Shown piece after piece: positions 38,300 to 50,544 of a DNA stretch of 64,000 bases; within the stretch, counting starts at the first letter, position 1; every line of letters starts with the position of its first letter. Source of the stretch: Octopus sinensis (taxonomy: Eukaryota); contig NC_043000.1 of NCBI RefSeq assembly GCF_006345805.1, positions 5,580,001 through 5,644,000 of the forward strand. The letters are read 5' to 3'. The position numbers and the translations under genes were made by a program. The notes beneath the pieces are model-generated. The model searched no databases and was not told the DNA's origin. It saw only the letters and a list, made by a program, of their open reading frames with translations.

Positions 38300-39290
38300 G
38301 AAAATGATGATGCCTGGGACCTCTGAACCTCACCCAAGGAACCAGACAACTGGTTAACCCTGTGCGCTTATAGCACAGCCCTAGATACCAACCATGGAAA
38401 TACCCACTAGAACCCGTGTCGTTCGAAGAACGAGTTCACCAGTGACCTTAGGTTCTGACACTGAGCTCAAAAAGTCTTTAAATCAGGACCAACCTCCTCA
38501 AGAACCGTAGCAAATCAAACCAGGGATATTCCTGAAACTGACAATCAGGATCAACTACCAAACCTATCTAAAAAAAAAAATAAAAAGACAAGTTAGAAAT
38601 GGACTAAGGAGGAATATATCGAAGTTATGCATGCTTATTATTATTATTCAACACTAAACCCAGAAACATCAACCACACAAAAAGAGACCTACAATATCTG
38701 GAGTTGCAAAAACCCGCATAGTAGGCTGTACATGAACAGTAATATACTAGGGGCTGTGAGACGTGATATCCTAAAAAATAAAAGACTAACTGACAGTGAA
38801 ATTGACAAAATAGTCAGCTCAGTATAAGATGCACTCACTTATAGCCACAGGCAAAAAGCTTTGAAATCACTAACTCAAACCAGCACACTGGATACATAAA
38901 ACCCTACGAAGATGAACCATCAGTTGATACTAAAAACACTGTAAAGTCAGCAATGAACTGTAAGATGGAATACTAGAACAATATCTGATACAACTACATC
39001 AACCTTTCCACGAAAGAGCCCCACTTCCCAAAATCATTAATACTAATAAGAACAGAAAAATAATCAAGGAAGTTGATCAAGCACTTGGCAAGTTGATACA
39101 ACAACTCATGGAGAGCTGTAGAGAAAATGCCTTCGGAGTGATTGATCAACTCATTTACTCAGCTACTTGTGTTGCAACTCAGAAATGCGGTATTAAAATT
39201 AGAGAGAGACAAAATAAGTGCAATGTTCACAAACAGCCTGCATGGAGGGAAAGAATAAACTGGCCAACAAATTCGAACTTTTTCTGCTGA
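38300..39290 (+). mobile_element. Degenerate 5' ORF region of an R4/Dong-type element
   Basis: WTKEEYIEVMHAYY..RRDILKNKRLTDSEI, RAPLPKII, DQLIYSA..VATQ and PAW.ERI resemble the N-terminal regions of this clade (compare 2760-3010). Confidence 0.6.
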
Positions 39291-39326
39291 CCTAAGTTTG
39301 AGACCTGTTTTGAGATAAATTGGTGT

Positions 39327-40770
39327 CACTGAGTTTTAAAATGGCAATAATTTTTTCTATCACATCTAGGTTTTTCCATGGGCTGACCCGTATTGGTCCC
39401 ACCCGTATCTCAATGTTTAAAATGTCTGAATTCCCCTGACTCTTTGTGTTATATATGTGGGTGTTTTACAGTACCAAGTCAAAGAATAAACGTTAGTGAC
39501 ATTGTGAAAACATCCTACTTTGCTTACTTTAAGATTAAAGTTGGTGATCAGGATATGTCGTGGGCCCGCACAATGTATGTAAGCCCTTTGTAGAAAATCT
39601 ACGCCAATGGACAAAGGGCATAAGGAAACAGAGAATGATGTAAACGATTGCTACTTTTGACTCACGTCTTCTGGTTATGGCAAGAGAACCTGACAGAAAA
39701 TAAGTTACCCAAATCTGAATTCAACAATTCATTCAGCGCTTCATTTAGATGGAATACCAGTACCCGTTTTCAAGGATCTACCATCACTGCAAGATGAAAG
39801 TGCAGATATATGTGAAGTAGATGTAAATCCTGAACATGAAAGTGATATAGACTTTGTAGAAACATCGACCAAAGAATGAGAAAACTTCAACCAGGCAGAA
39901 CCTGATGATTTAGTCAGAGACCTAGGACTGTCAAAAGAGTTATCAGAACTGTTAGCTTCTAGGCTTAAAGCGAAGAATTCGTTGCAGACAGAAACAAACG
40001 TGACTATTTATCACAACAAGGAAAAGATCTCTTGGCATTCTTTAAAAAATGAAAAAGATTTTGTTTACTGTTATGAGGTAGTGGGACTGTTAAACGTGAT
40101 GGGTGTTGAACAATATGATCCTAGTGATTGGAGACTCTTTATAGATAGTTCAAAGAAGAGTCTAAAATGTGTATTACTCTATAAAGGAAATTTGTTTGGT
40201 GCGCTTCCTATTGGTCACTCTGTACACTTAAAAGAGAATTATGATCACATGGAAGTTGTATTAGATTTACTTGAGTATGATGAACAGAAATGGGTCATAT
40301 GTGTGGATCTAAAAATAGTCAACATTTTACTTGGCCAACAAGGAGAGTATACAAAATATCCGTGTTGCCTGTGTTTATGGGATAGCCAAGCGAGAGACAA
40401 ACATTGGGAATAGAAACTCTGGCCAGTTAGGAAAGCTTGACTGATGGGGAGAAGAATATCATATACCAACCACTTGTTGAGCGAGAGAAAATCATCTTCT
40501 CGCCCGTTCATATTAAACTAGGACTAATGAAGTAATTTCTCAAAGCTCTTAATGTGGAGGGTAACTGTTTCAAATTCCTATGTACATTTCCTGGTCTAAG
40601 TTAAGATAAAATAGCGGCTGGTGTTTTTGATCGGCCACAAGTTAGAAAGTTAACGAAATGCCAGAACTTCTCGAGCTTGATGGCTGACATAGAAAAAAGA
40701 GCATGGTATTCATTTGTGAGTGTTGTGAAAGGATTTTGCGGGAGTGAAATGGCCGCAAGCTACAAGGATG
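39327..40770 (+). mobile_element. Chapaev3-like (CMC superfamily) DNA transposase relic
   Basis: N-terminal zinc motif CLNSPDSLCYICG..DQDMSWA; LFIDSSKKSLKCVLL; ICVDLKIVNILLGQQGEYTKYPCCLCLWD; P.HIKLGLM. Possible CACTG terminus at 39327. Family assignment is from memory. Confidence 0.65.
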
Positions 40771-40814
40771 CCCGGTGCTAAGACAGCTGAAATAAAGTTA
40801 TAATTAAAGGAAAC

Positions 40815-40893
<79 letters not shown>

Positions 40894-40894
<1 letters not shown>

Positions 40895-41045
40895 CAATAG
40901 TAATTGGTGCACTTGGAAGTATCGGCACTCAACTACCAACATGGCTAAAAATGACTCGCGCAAGTGTGAAGGTAGAACACCTACAAAAATCGACATTGCT
41001 TGGAATGCAAGAATTCTTCCAGTAAAATAAGCTGTGAGTTTTCAT
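40894..41045 (+). mobile_element. Dong-like extreme 3' fragment (subfamily B)
   Basis: PIVIGALGSIG..VEHLQKSTLLG, between (AAT)n tracts. Confidence 0.7.
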
Positions 41046-41134
<89 letters not shown>

Positions 41135-41144
41135 TTAATAATAA

Positions 41145-41455
41145 CAGGAGAAACTTTCAAAATACAAAGACCTGGAAATAGAGGTAACTCGAATGTGGAG
41201 TCTAAAAACAGAAGCAATTACAATCATAGTAGGTGCATTAGGTATGATGAAAAAATATTCTGACAAATACATAACAAAAACACGAGGACTAACAAGTATA
41301 TGTAATATACAAAAAATAGCACTATAAGGCACCACACACATCCTACTTAAAACACATTCAATACAGTAAAAATGAGAGCATCACAACAAACCACAGCACA
41401 TACTCAAGGCACACAGAGCTGCACTTGGTAGTACGTGATAAAAATAAGACTACTG
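41145..41455 (+). mobile_element. Dong-like 3' fragment (family of 1713-5886)
   Basis: KYKDLEIEVTRMW..IIVGALG..IQKIAL plus the same 3' UTR ending gactactg(AAT)n. Confidence 0.88.
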
Positions 41456-41477
41456 AATAATAATGATGATGATGATG

Positions 41478-41537
<60 letters not shown>

Positions 41538-41539
<2 letters not shown>

Positions 41540-43718
41540 CCCTACTATGTTAAAAACTACAGACCAATAACCTGCCTCCCTACTATGCAGTGATATCGCA
41601 AAGGCTGAACAAGCACCTGGACGAAAACAAACTGTTCCCAGAAGAGCAGAAAGGATGCCGCAAGGGCTCATATGGCTGTAAAGATCAACTAATGATTAAT
41701 AAAGCCGTAACTGAAGACAGCCACAGAAAGAAGAAAGGCCTCAGTATGGCCTGGATTGACTACAAAAAGGCGTTTGATAGCATCCCCCACACATGGATCC
41801 TCGAAACACTAGCCATTAACAAAGTAGCACCAACAATCATAAAATTCATAGAGCACTCTATGAATAAATGGCAAACAGTCCTACACCTCCAAACAAAAGA
41901 GGGACTCATGAAAACCAAAGACATCCCCATTAGAAGAGGAATATTCCAGGGAGACACGCTCTCTCCACTCCTTTTCTGCTTGGCACTGTCACCTCTATCT
42001 GATATGCTAAATAGAACTGGATGCGGATATAAATGTTACGGCAAAACGATCAGCCACCTTTTATATATGGATGACCTAAAACTATACGCTGCAAATGACA
42101 AACAGCTGGAAACACTATTAAAGACAGTTCATGGATTTACCAAAGAAATAGATATGAAATTTGGATTAGAAAAATGCGCCAAAGTAACCATGAAAAGAGG
42201 AAAACTAGTTAAGAGTAGCAACATCACACTAGATAAAACCAATGAAATAAAAGAATTAGACCAAAGCCAAACTTACAAATACTTAGGAATCCATGAACTA
42301 GATAAGACACAACACACACAAATGAAAGAGAAAATAAAAAAGAATATTATAGACGAGTTAGATCAATACTAAAAACAGAGCTCAATGCTAAAAACAAGAT
42401 AATAGGTATCAACACTTTAGCTGTCCCAGTTATAAGTTACAGCTACAATATCCTTAACTGGACACGAAATGAACTGACCAAAATAGATAGGAAAACAAGA
42501 AAAATACTGACAGGATCTAGGATGCATCACCCAAAATCTGACATAGAAAGACTATATATACAACGTATAGAAGGTGGTAGAGGCCTTATACAGCTGGAAA
42601 ACTACTATAAAATAACCACCATAGGACTGCAAAAATATCTACTTCAGAAGGAAGGAAAACTGATCCAGATAGCAGCAAAACACGAGCAAAACAAAAAACT
42701 GTTCTCAGTATTTAAGGAAGCTGACAAATACAAACAAGAAATCATACCACCTAATAAACACAAAGAAGAAGAAGAAGATGATGAAGAAGCAACAAAAGCT
42801 ATAAAACAAATGAAATCCAAACTAAAAATAGAACAGCAACGAGCCATGATAAAACGATGGCAAGAAAAGCCCCTTCATGGTAAATACTGCACTAAACTAA
42901 ACGCAAAAGAAATAGACAAAGAAAAATCCCAGCAATGGTTGAGAAGCTCAGGACTCAAAGCAGAGACAGAGGGATTTTTAATTGCAGCACAAGACCAAAG
43001 CCTCCCCACCAGAAATTACCAAAAACATGTAATGAAAAGAAATATTACAAGTACTGCAGAATATGTGTGGATGGACAAGAAACAATAAATCATATTATCT
43101 CTAGCTGCCCAGTCCTGGCTAAGAAGGAATATATTCACAGACATGACAGAGTTGGAACCTACATACATTGGAAGCTATGCCAACATTATGGAATAACAAC
43201 AGAAAAAAGATGGTATAGGCACACACCAGAAAAGGTCACAGAAAACGAGAAAGCAACCATACTCTGGGATATGCCGATACACACAGATAGAGAAATTAAG
43301 GCCAACAGACCAGATATAGTTGTCAGAGATCATGAAGAAAAAAAATGCTTTCTAATTGATGTATCAATACCGGCAGATGACAACGTGTCTCTAAAAGAAA
43401 TGGAGAAACTCTCAAAATACAAAGACCTGGAAATAGAGGTAACTAGAATGTGGAACCTGAAAACAGAAACAATTCCTATCATAGTAGGTGCATTAGGCAT
43501 GATAAAAAAATATTCAGACAAATACATAACAAAAACACCAGGACTTACAAACACATATAACATACAGAAAATTGCACTACTAGGCACTGCACGCATCCTA
43601 CGCAGAACACTTTCCATACAATAACCATCAGAGCATCACAACAAATCACAGCACATACCCAAGGCACACAGAGCTGCGCTCGGTAGTGAAGTGAAAGCAC
43701 GCTATAAAAATAAAACTA

Positions 43719-43721
<3 letters not shown>
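41538..43721 (+). mobile_element. 5'-truncated Dong copy (RT to RLE and 3' UTR), near-identical to 3630-5886
   Basis: ORFs 41590-42372, 42522-43088 and 42935-43624; (AAT)n on both sides. Confidence 0.92.
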
Positions 43722-43780
<59 letters not shown>

Positions 43781-44484
43781 GAGTATCTCAACAGACACGA
43801 TAGAGCTGCACAATATATTCACTGGGTAATCTGCAAAAACCTGGATTTGCCCCATGAAAAAAACTGGTGGGAACACAATCCACCTCCAGTGCTTGAAAAT
43901 GACCACATATTACTCCTCTGGAACTTCACCATTCAAACTGACAGAAAGATAGATGCAAATAGGCCAGACATCATATTGAAAGACCTCAAACAAAGAACAT
44001 GCCTCCTCATTGATATGACTGTCCCAATCGATATAAACGTATCTGTCAAGACCTACCAAAAACTGAGCAAATATAAAGATCTTGAAATAGAAATCAGCAA
44101 AATGTGGAACCTGAAGACTAAAACAATACCTGTTGTCATAGGTGCCCTGGGAATGATAGCAAAAGGGGCAGATAGCTACCTAACTCAGATACCAGGAAAC
44201 CCAAAAATGGCAGAAATTCAAAAGATAGTACTCATGGGAACTGCTTATATCCTACGCAAAATACTTTCTATGTAATCTCAAGGTTTAAATCAAACATAAT
44301 TTTAGGTTTAAAAAAAAATTTTTTTTTTTTTAGACATTCATTAGTACAACACCAAAAAAAAACCCCCAAATATATGGCACACTAGGCATAACAACAACAT
44401 GAACTTCCAACCTGTTGTCTCTTGAGGTCTCTGGGTGAGACTTGGAGCCAACTTGTACAAATATAAAGCAAAAGTCAAACATAG
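43781..44484 (+). mobile_element. Dong-like 3' fragment (subfamily C) with a distinct 3' UTR
   Basis: EYLNRHDRAAQYIHW..ANRPDIILKD..LLIDMTVP..KLSKYKDLEIE..IPVVIGALG; ends in (AAT)n. Confidence 0.9.
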
Positions 44485-44507
44485 AATAATAATAATAATA
44501 ATAATAA

Positions 44508-44700
44508 AGGTGAAAACAATACCAAAAATACGTGGCGCATTTTGCATGATAAAAAAAAAACGAGCAAAACGTAGGAGCTATAAATGGATCCTCAACAACA
44601 CACACTATCCAAAAAATAGCCCTGCTAAGAACAGCACACATCCTACGCAAGACACTATCAATTCCATAATACAACCTGAACAAAACAACCTACAAACACA
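44508..44700 (+). mobile_element. Dong-like extreme 3' fragment (subfamily D)
   Basis: VKTIP.I.GA..MI and IQKIALLRTAHILRKTLSI*, after (AAT)n. Confidence 0.72.
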
Positions 44701-45093
44701 AGTCACACTCTATGCAGCAATTATCCAGTGAAATAAACTTCCACCAGCAATCCAATTAACCAACGCATTACACACACAACACACAGTACAAACATACAAT
44801 ACCGAGAAGAATTTGCGATTTCCCAACAACAGAAAAGAACACAATGCAGCACACAGCCCAGCAACATGGTATATTACCTATATTTACGTATGATGAAGCT
44901 CCATGATTCAATCGGTTTTATTACCAACTATTATATATATTTTTAGCATGATAATGGTAATACCAAAGAACGTTGGCAGCGGAAACAGCTGTAAGATGGG
45001 ATTGCAGTCTTTTTGTAAATGATTAATAAATAATTGATGCAAATAAATTGCTGTTCATCAAAATTATCTCCATTTCCTGCTTTATTTTAATAA

Positions 45094-45094
<1 letters not shown>

Positions 45095-45151
<57 letters not shown>

Positions 45152-45162
45152 TAATAATAATA

Positions 45163-45215
<53 letters not shown>

Positions 45216-45227
45216 GTAATAATAATA
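45095..45227. repeat. (AAT)n microsatellite
   Basis: Seen directly. Confidence 0.97.
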
Positions 45228-46446
45228 TGTCTTAAGGGAAATTTTCTAACTAACTCTTCAGAACTGACGCACCAACTCTTCCATTATATGGAAGTGAGAC
45301 CAAAATAAATATGGAAATGTTTTGACATTAAAATTTTCTTTCGTCCACGCTTGCAGTGAGTTAGTAAACAGTTTGATTTTTATATTGCCATTAACTAAAC
45401 AGTAACTCTCTTAGAACATGTTGCCTTTTCTTCCGATTTTTTTTTTTGTCTTTTATTGAAGAGTTTGAGTTTGTCAGTTGCTATTTGATTTTTTTGTTGT
45501 TGTTTTTTTTTTCTATAGGGGCTTGGCTTTTTACTTGTTATTTTGAGATATATATTTCAGAGATCCTGACTTGTATGAATTGATATGAAATTACAGAAAT
45601 CTTGAAATGTTTTTGTTTCTATATTCTTTTATACAAATCAACAACAAAAAATCGTTTCAGTCAAATGTAAAACTATATTTTGTTTTAATAATATCAAAGG
45701 GAAATGATTTCCTTTTTAACCAAAATGTTAAATTGTTGTTGTTGTTGCGTTGAATTTATATCATTTGTACAATTTCTTTTCGCTATTATTGTTGTTGTCA
45801 TTTGTATTTTTCTTTTGTTGCAAAATGAAAACGAAAAAGAAAAACATCTGCAGACTAATGTTTCAGTAAGACCCAAAGAAATTAGTCACGATATGGTTTT
45901 TTTTTTTCAATTGTATAAAACACGTCTTGAGTTTGTATAAGACCAAAGGAAATAAAACTGAGACGAATAAATTTACAAACACAATCCGTCTTAGTTGAAA
46001 TATTATTTGATGCGTGATTTTTCATTTTCGTTTGTCAACTACGATTTAGAATGCAAATAAGGAGCATTAAACATTCCCTCTTATCTTTTTCTCTCTTTAA
46101 ACGAATACAACTCACTCAGTAACATAAATAATAAGCTCCTGACAAACTGGTTTTTTCCCAATTCTCTTTTGCTTCCCAATTGTACATATTTCACGTTCAG
46201 CATTAAACCTCGTTGGAATTCTCCACAACTAAAGTCAAATATAGTTGATCGCTGTTGATTGATGTGTCTGGTTTTGAAAGCACTGGTAAGTGACTCTGTT
46301 TATCATATTGGTATGAGGAATAAACAAACAGCTTTCGAGGATGAGATTACTACATGAATCGATTACCAAATGCGATTTTAATTTAAACAATACTTTACAT
46401 CTCGTGAAATAACTACTAATCAAATTTTCTTAAGTAAATAAATACC

Positions 46447-46679
46447 TATTTCTTTACTACCCACAAGGGGCTAAACACAGAGAGGACAAACAAGGACAGA
46501 CAAACGGATTAAGTCGATAGTATCGACCCCAGTACGTAACTGGTACTTATTTAATCGACCCCGAAAGGATGAAAGGCAAAGTCGACCTCGGCGGAATTTG
46601 AACTCAGAACGTAGCGGCAGACGAAATACCGCTCAGCATTTCGTCCGGCGCGCTAACGTTTCTGCCAGTTCTCTACCTT
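46447..46679 (-). mobile_element. Full-length tRNA-derived SINE with a 17-bp target-site duplication
   Basis: ttaagtaaataaatacc at 46430-46446 and 46680-46696 flanks the head and body. Confidence 0.93.
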
Positions 46680-46704
46680 TTAAGTAAATAAATACCATAG
46701 GCGT

Positions 46705-47030
46705 AGGTATGGTTGTATGGTTAATAAGCCTCCTTTGCTACGACGTGGTTCTGTGTTCAGTCCCACTGCATGTCACCTTGGATAAATAAATATTTTCACA
46801 ATATTTTATGTTGTAGCCCGTCGTATATATGTGTATACGTGTATTTTTATTGCCCAGACCACAACCGCTTCACAACCGCTGTTGGTTTATTTAAGTCCCC
46901 ACTGTAACATAGCATTTCGGCAGAAGAAAAAACGACAGAATATGTACCAGATTTAAAGTACTGGGGTCGATTTGTTCGTCCAACCCAACAAAACAGCTGC
47001 ATTCCAGTGATTGAAACAAGGGACTTTTAG
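46705..47030 (+). mobile_element. Degenerate CORE-type SINE
   Basis: ggttgtatggttaataagc..gttcagtcccactgc..agcccgtcgtatatatg..gtactggggtcgatttg. Confidence 0.7.
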
Positions 47031-48525
47031 TAGTTAAAGAGAGCATAGTAACGTTTTGAAATTATGCAATATTATGAAATATTGAAATCGTGTTCCCTTT
47101 ATTTGGAACTGTATGCGCGTATGTGCATGCGCACGCGTGTGTGTGTGATCTTAAAACAGCCTGAACATTCTAAGGGTAGGTGGCTCACTTCAAAACACAT
47201 TCTAATCGTTTCTTTTCGTTTATTGTTTGTTTCTATTTTTGTCATTTCTGTACATTCAGCGTTCAGAATTTGTTGGCAACTTCTCTGTGAGAACACGCTT
47301 TGCATGGTAGATCTTTAATTCCAAGCGACACCATCCATTATAATATTGATAAGCGACAAATAGTAAAGGAGGATAATCATATCTGATCAGAAAGTGAATC
47401 AGTTTCTGAAACCGATATTACCAGAAATTAATGAAGCTGAGGAAAAAAATCAGACGTTGAAAACATATAATGGAATTTTATGAGATTCTACACGAGTAAT
47501 GGGGAACGGCAGGTTGGACTGAATGCTAGACTTGTTGACACTGACACAATAATGCGCCAAAAACAGCAACCGAACCTCGGAAGAGGAGAGATCGGTAAAT
47601 GCTATCAAGTCGGTTTTCATACCTATCATAACCTATAGTCAAAAACGTTGAGTGCGATCGGTCCACTCGATAGAGTTTTGTAGAGACGTTGTTCGACAGG
47701 CTGCGTAGCTCGGAAATCAAAGAGTCTTTCTAGGTCGAGTCGCTACTTTTCTGCATTGCGAGATCATAGTTCCAGTAGAACAAACATCTGATTAGAGTGC
47801 CGCAGGAAAGAACCGCATGACGGGCTCCTCAAACCGAGCCAATCTGCAGGAGACCTAGCGGCAGACAACAACAAAATGGATGAATATTCGTAGTCTCAGT
47901 TAGTTATGCTTGAGAATCTAACCAGAAAGTGTAATGACGGATGCTTCTGACAGGACCCTATGGAGGAGATGCCTGAAGATTCTACATCCACAATTCTCCC
48001 AGGAACAGTGGGCGAAGAAAATGGATAGATTGATACACTAAAAAACTATTACAAAGTCCCCATTAATCTTACAACTTACTGTATCACAGTATTTTCTTTT
48101 CTATTGTTGCTTTTCTTTATGCTGCTTTTTAGTTCCAAAGGATGCAAATTTATGAACAAGGGAACCTTAAAAATGTCACTATTTCTAAAATACGAAACTA
48201 TACAAATAGGAAACAGCTTTACTACAATTTCTCCTGAGAAACTTTAATGCGGAAATATAGTTATTGTATTAATGCGACGGTAAGACTGACTTTCGCAAAC
48301 ATTTTGATTGGAAAATCAATCGCAATTCGTAGTGATAAAATACTAAATTATAATCAATATAAAAGCGATTGGGTGTAACAGATGAAACTTTGATTAAGCC
48401 AGTTAAAGGATACTAATTTAATTTATCTTGTCAGTTATATTTTGGCGTTATTAGCTTTCATTTACATTCTGCTATTTATTATGCATATGTATGCAGTGTA
48501 TAAATTTATATACATATAAGGTAGA

Positions 48526-48584
<59 letters not shown>

Positions 48585-48914
48585 ACTTATGTATGCATAA
48601 ATTTATTTGTAGAGTGCAATTTAAACCTTAAACGGTGTTAGGAATTCCATTCGTGAGTTGTATCCTTTATTAAATCCGGGTTTGGTAGATACACAGAGTG
48701 TGCGAAGAAAACAAATCAAAATATGACAGATTGATTATGATATAGATAGATAGATAGACACATACATACATATATACATACATACATACATACATACATA
48801 AATACATAATACATACATACATACATACATATATACATACATACATAAATACATAATACATACATACATAAATACATACATACATTCATACATACATACA
48901 TACATACATACATG

Positions 48915-49975
48915 TTATATGATTGTGAAATGGGTTAAAAACTGTAAACCAGACTAGCAACATCTCAATCAATAATTTGACTGCTTCCCTATATCTGACA
49001 AGGAATGTTATAGGTATCTAGGGGTGGGGGAAAACATATCTTACAATAGCACTTGTAACAAAACACGTGTCACTGAAGAATATTACAGCCGAATTAAGAA
49101 AATGTAGACCTCATAGCTCTCTGCATTCAATAAAACAGTGGCCCACAATGTGTTTGCAGTGCCAGAACTCATACCAACTTTGGGCTGCTTGATTGGACGC
49201 TTGATGAGATCCGAGCCATTGATATGAAAACCCGGAAAATACTAAAAAACACACATAATTTCCACATAATCAGTGACGTAGACCACTTCTACCTAAAACG
49301 AAAACAAGACGGCAAAGGCTTAACATCGATGCCTTTGAATTTTGAATCATATCCCTTCGGCAACATCTTTTAACCATCAAGTGTCGAATTGCATCCCTTG
49401 ACCAAGTTTACATACATGAGACTGATAACATCATATGACTTGGCATGCAGCTCCTTGAGGCCTAAGAAATAAGAACCCACAGTATGGTAGAAGCCATAGC
49501 TACGCATAATGAAAGGAGTACTGGTTGTATGTCCCAGTGAAAACCTCAATAAAATGTAAACACAACAGACCTGATATAATGATTTGGGATAAAGAAGAGA
49601 AACTGTGTACAGTTGTTGAAATTAGCTGCCCAGCGGATGTTAACGTAAAGCTGAAGATCAATGGGAAGAGAAGGAATACCTACGCGGAACTACGGAGAAA
49701 TCTGCAGTTACTCTATCCAGATAACAAGTTCAGGTTTATACCTGGAATTATTGGATCCCTGGGATATGTAACACACCACCTAAATACTAATTTTGAGAAA
49801 TTAGGCCTCTCAAAACCATAAAAGAGAAAGCTAATTCGGAGACTACAGATCCAATCTATCATTGGAACTGTAAAAATCTGTAAAACCTTCCAGGAGTTTA
49901 TCATTTAAATATACATGAGTATGTCTAGATATGCAACTATATGCACGAGAATACATACATAAAACATACAAATCT
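48915..49975 (+). mobile_element. Internally deleted R4/Dong-clade fragment bounded by (CATA)n
   Basis: YRYLG..EEYYSRIKK..NKTVAHNVFAVP; HNRPDIMIWDKEEKLCTVVEISCP (RLE); short 3' UTR running into (TACA)n; (CATA)n immediately 5'. Confidence 0.85.
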
Positions 49976-50544
49976 GCTCATACATACATACATACATACA
50001 TACATACATACATACATACATACATACATACATACATACAACATGCATACATACATACATACATACATACATACATACAACATGCATACATACATACATA
50101 CATACATACATACATACATACATGTACCTATCTAGTAGGGTTTCTGTCCGCATGCTTACGAAACCCTACCCTTTTCTGTCGAGGGCTTATGGGCTTATAT
50201 GCCCCAATATTAGACTATTTTCTTTAGTCATTGCACGCTGATCGCTTATAAGCTTTAGGGTTATGATATATATATATATAGTTGGATATAGTTGGATTAA
50301 CTGTTGAAGTGGACGGACGTCTATTTGTTTCTCTCCCAAGTCAGTAGCAAGCTACACAGCTTCAAAACCTAACTGACCTTAAATATATATATATTTGTAA
50401 CCACGTGTTTGCCTACAAACCCGTAAGTACGTTTTCATTTAACTACAAATTGTTATATACACCTGTTTTTCTTTTAATATCCTCAAACAACCAAATAATC
50501 AAAAACTCACACCCTTAAGAGAGAACATTTATATATATATACAC

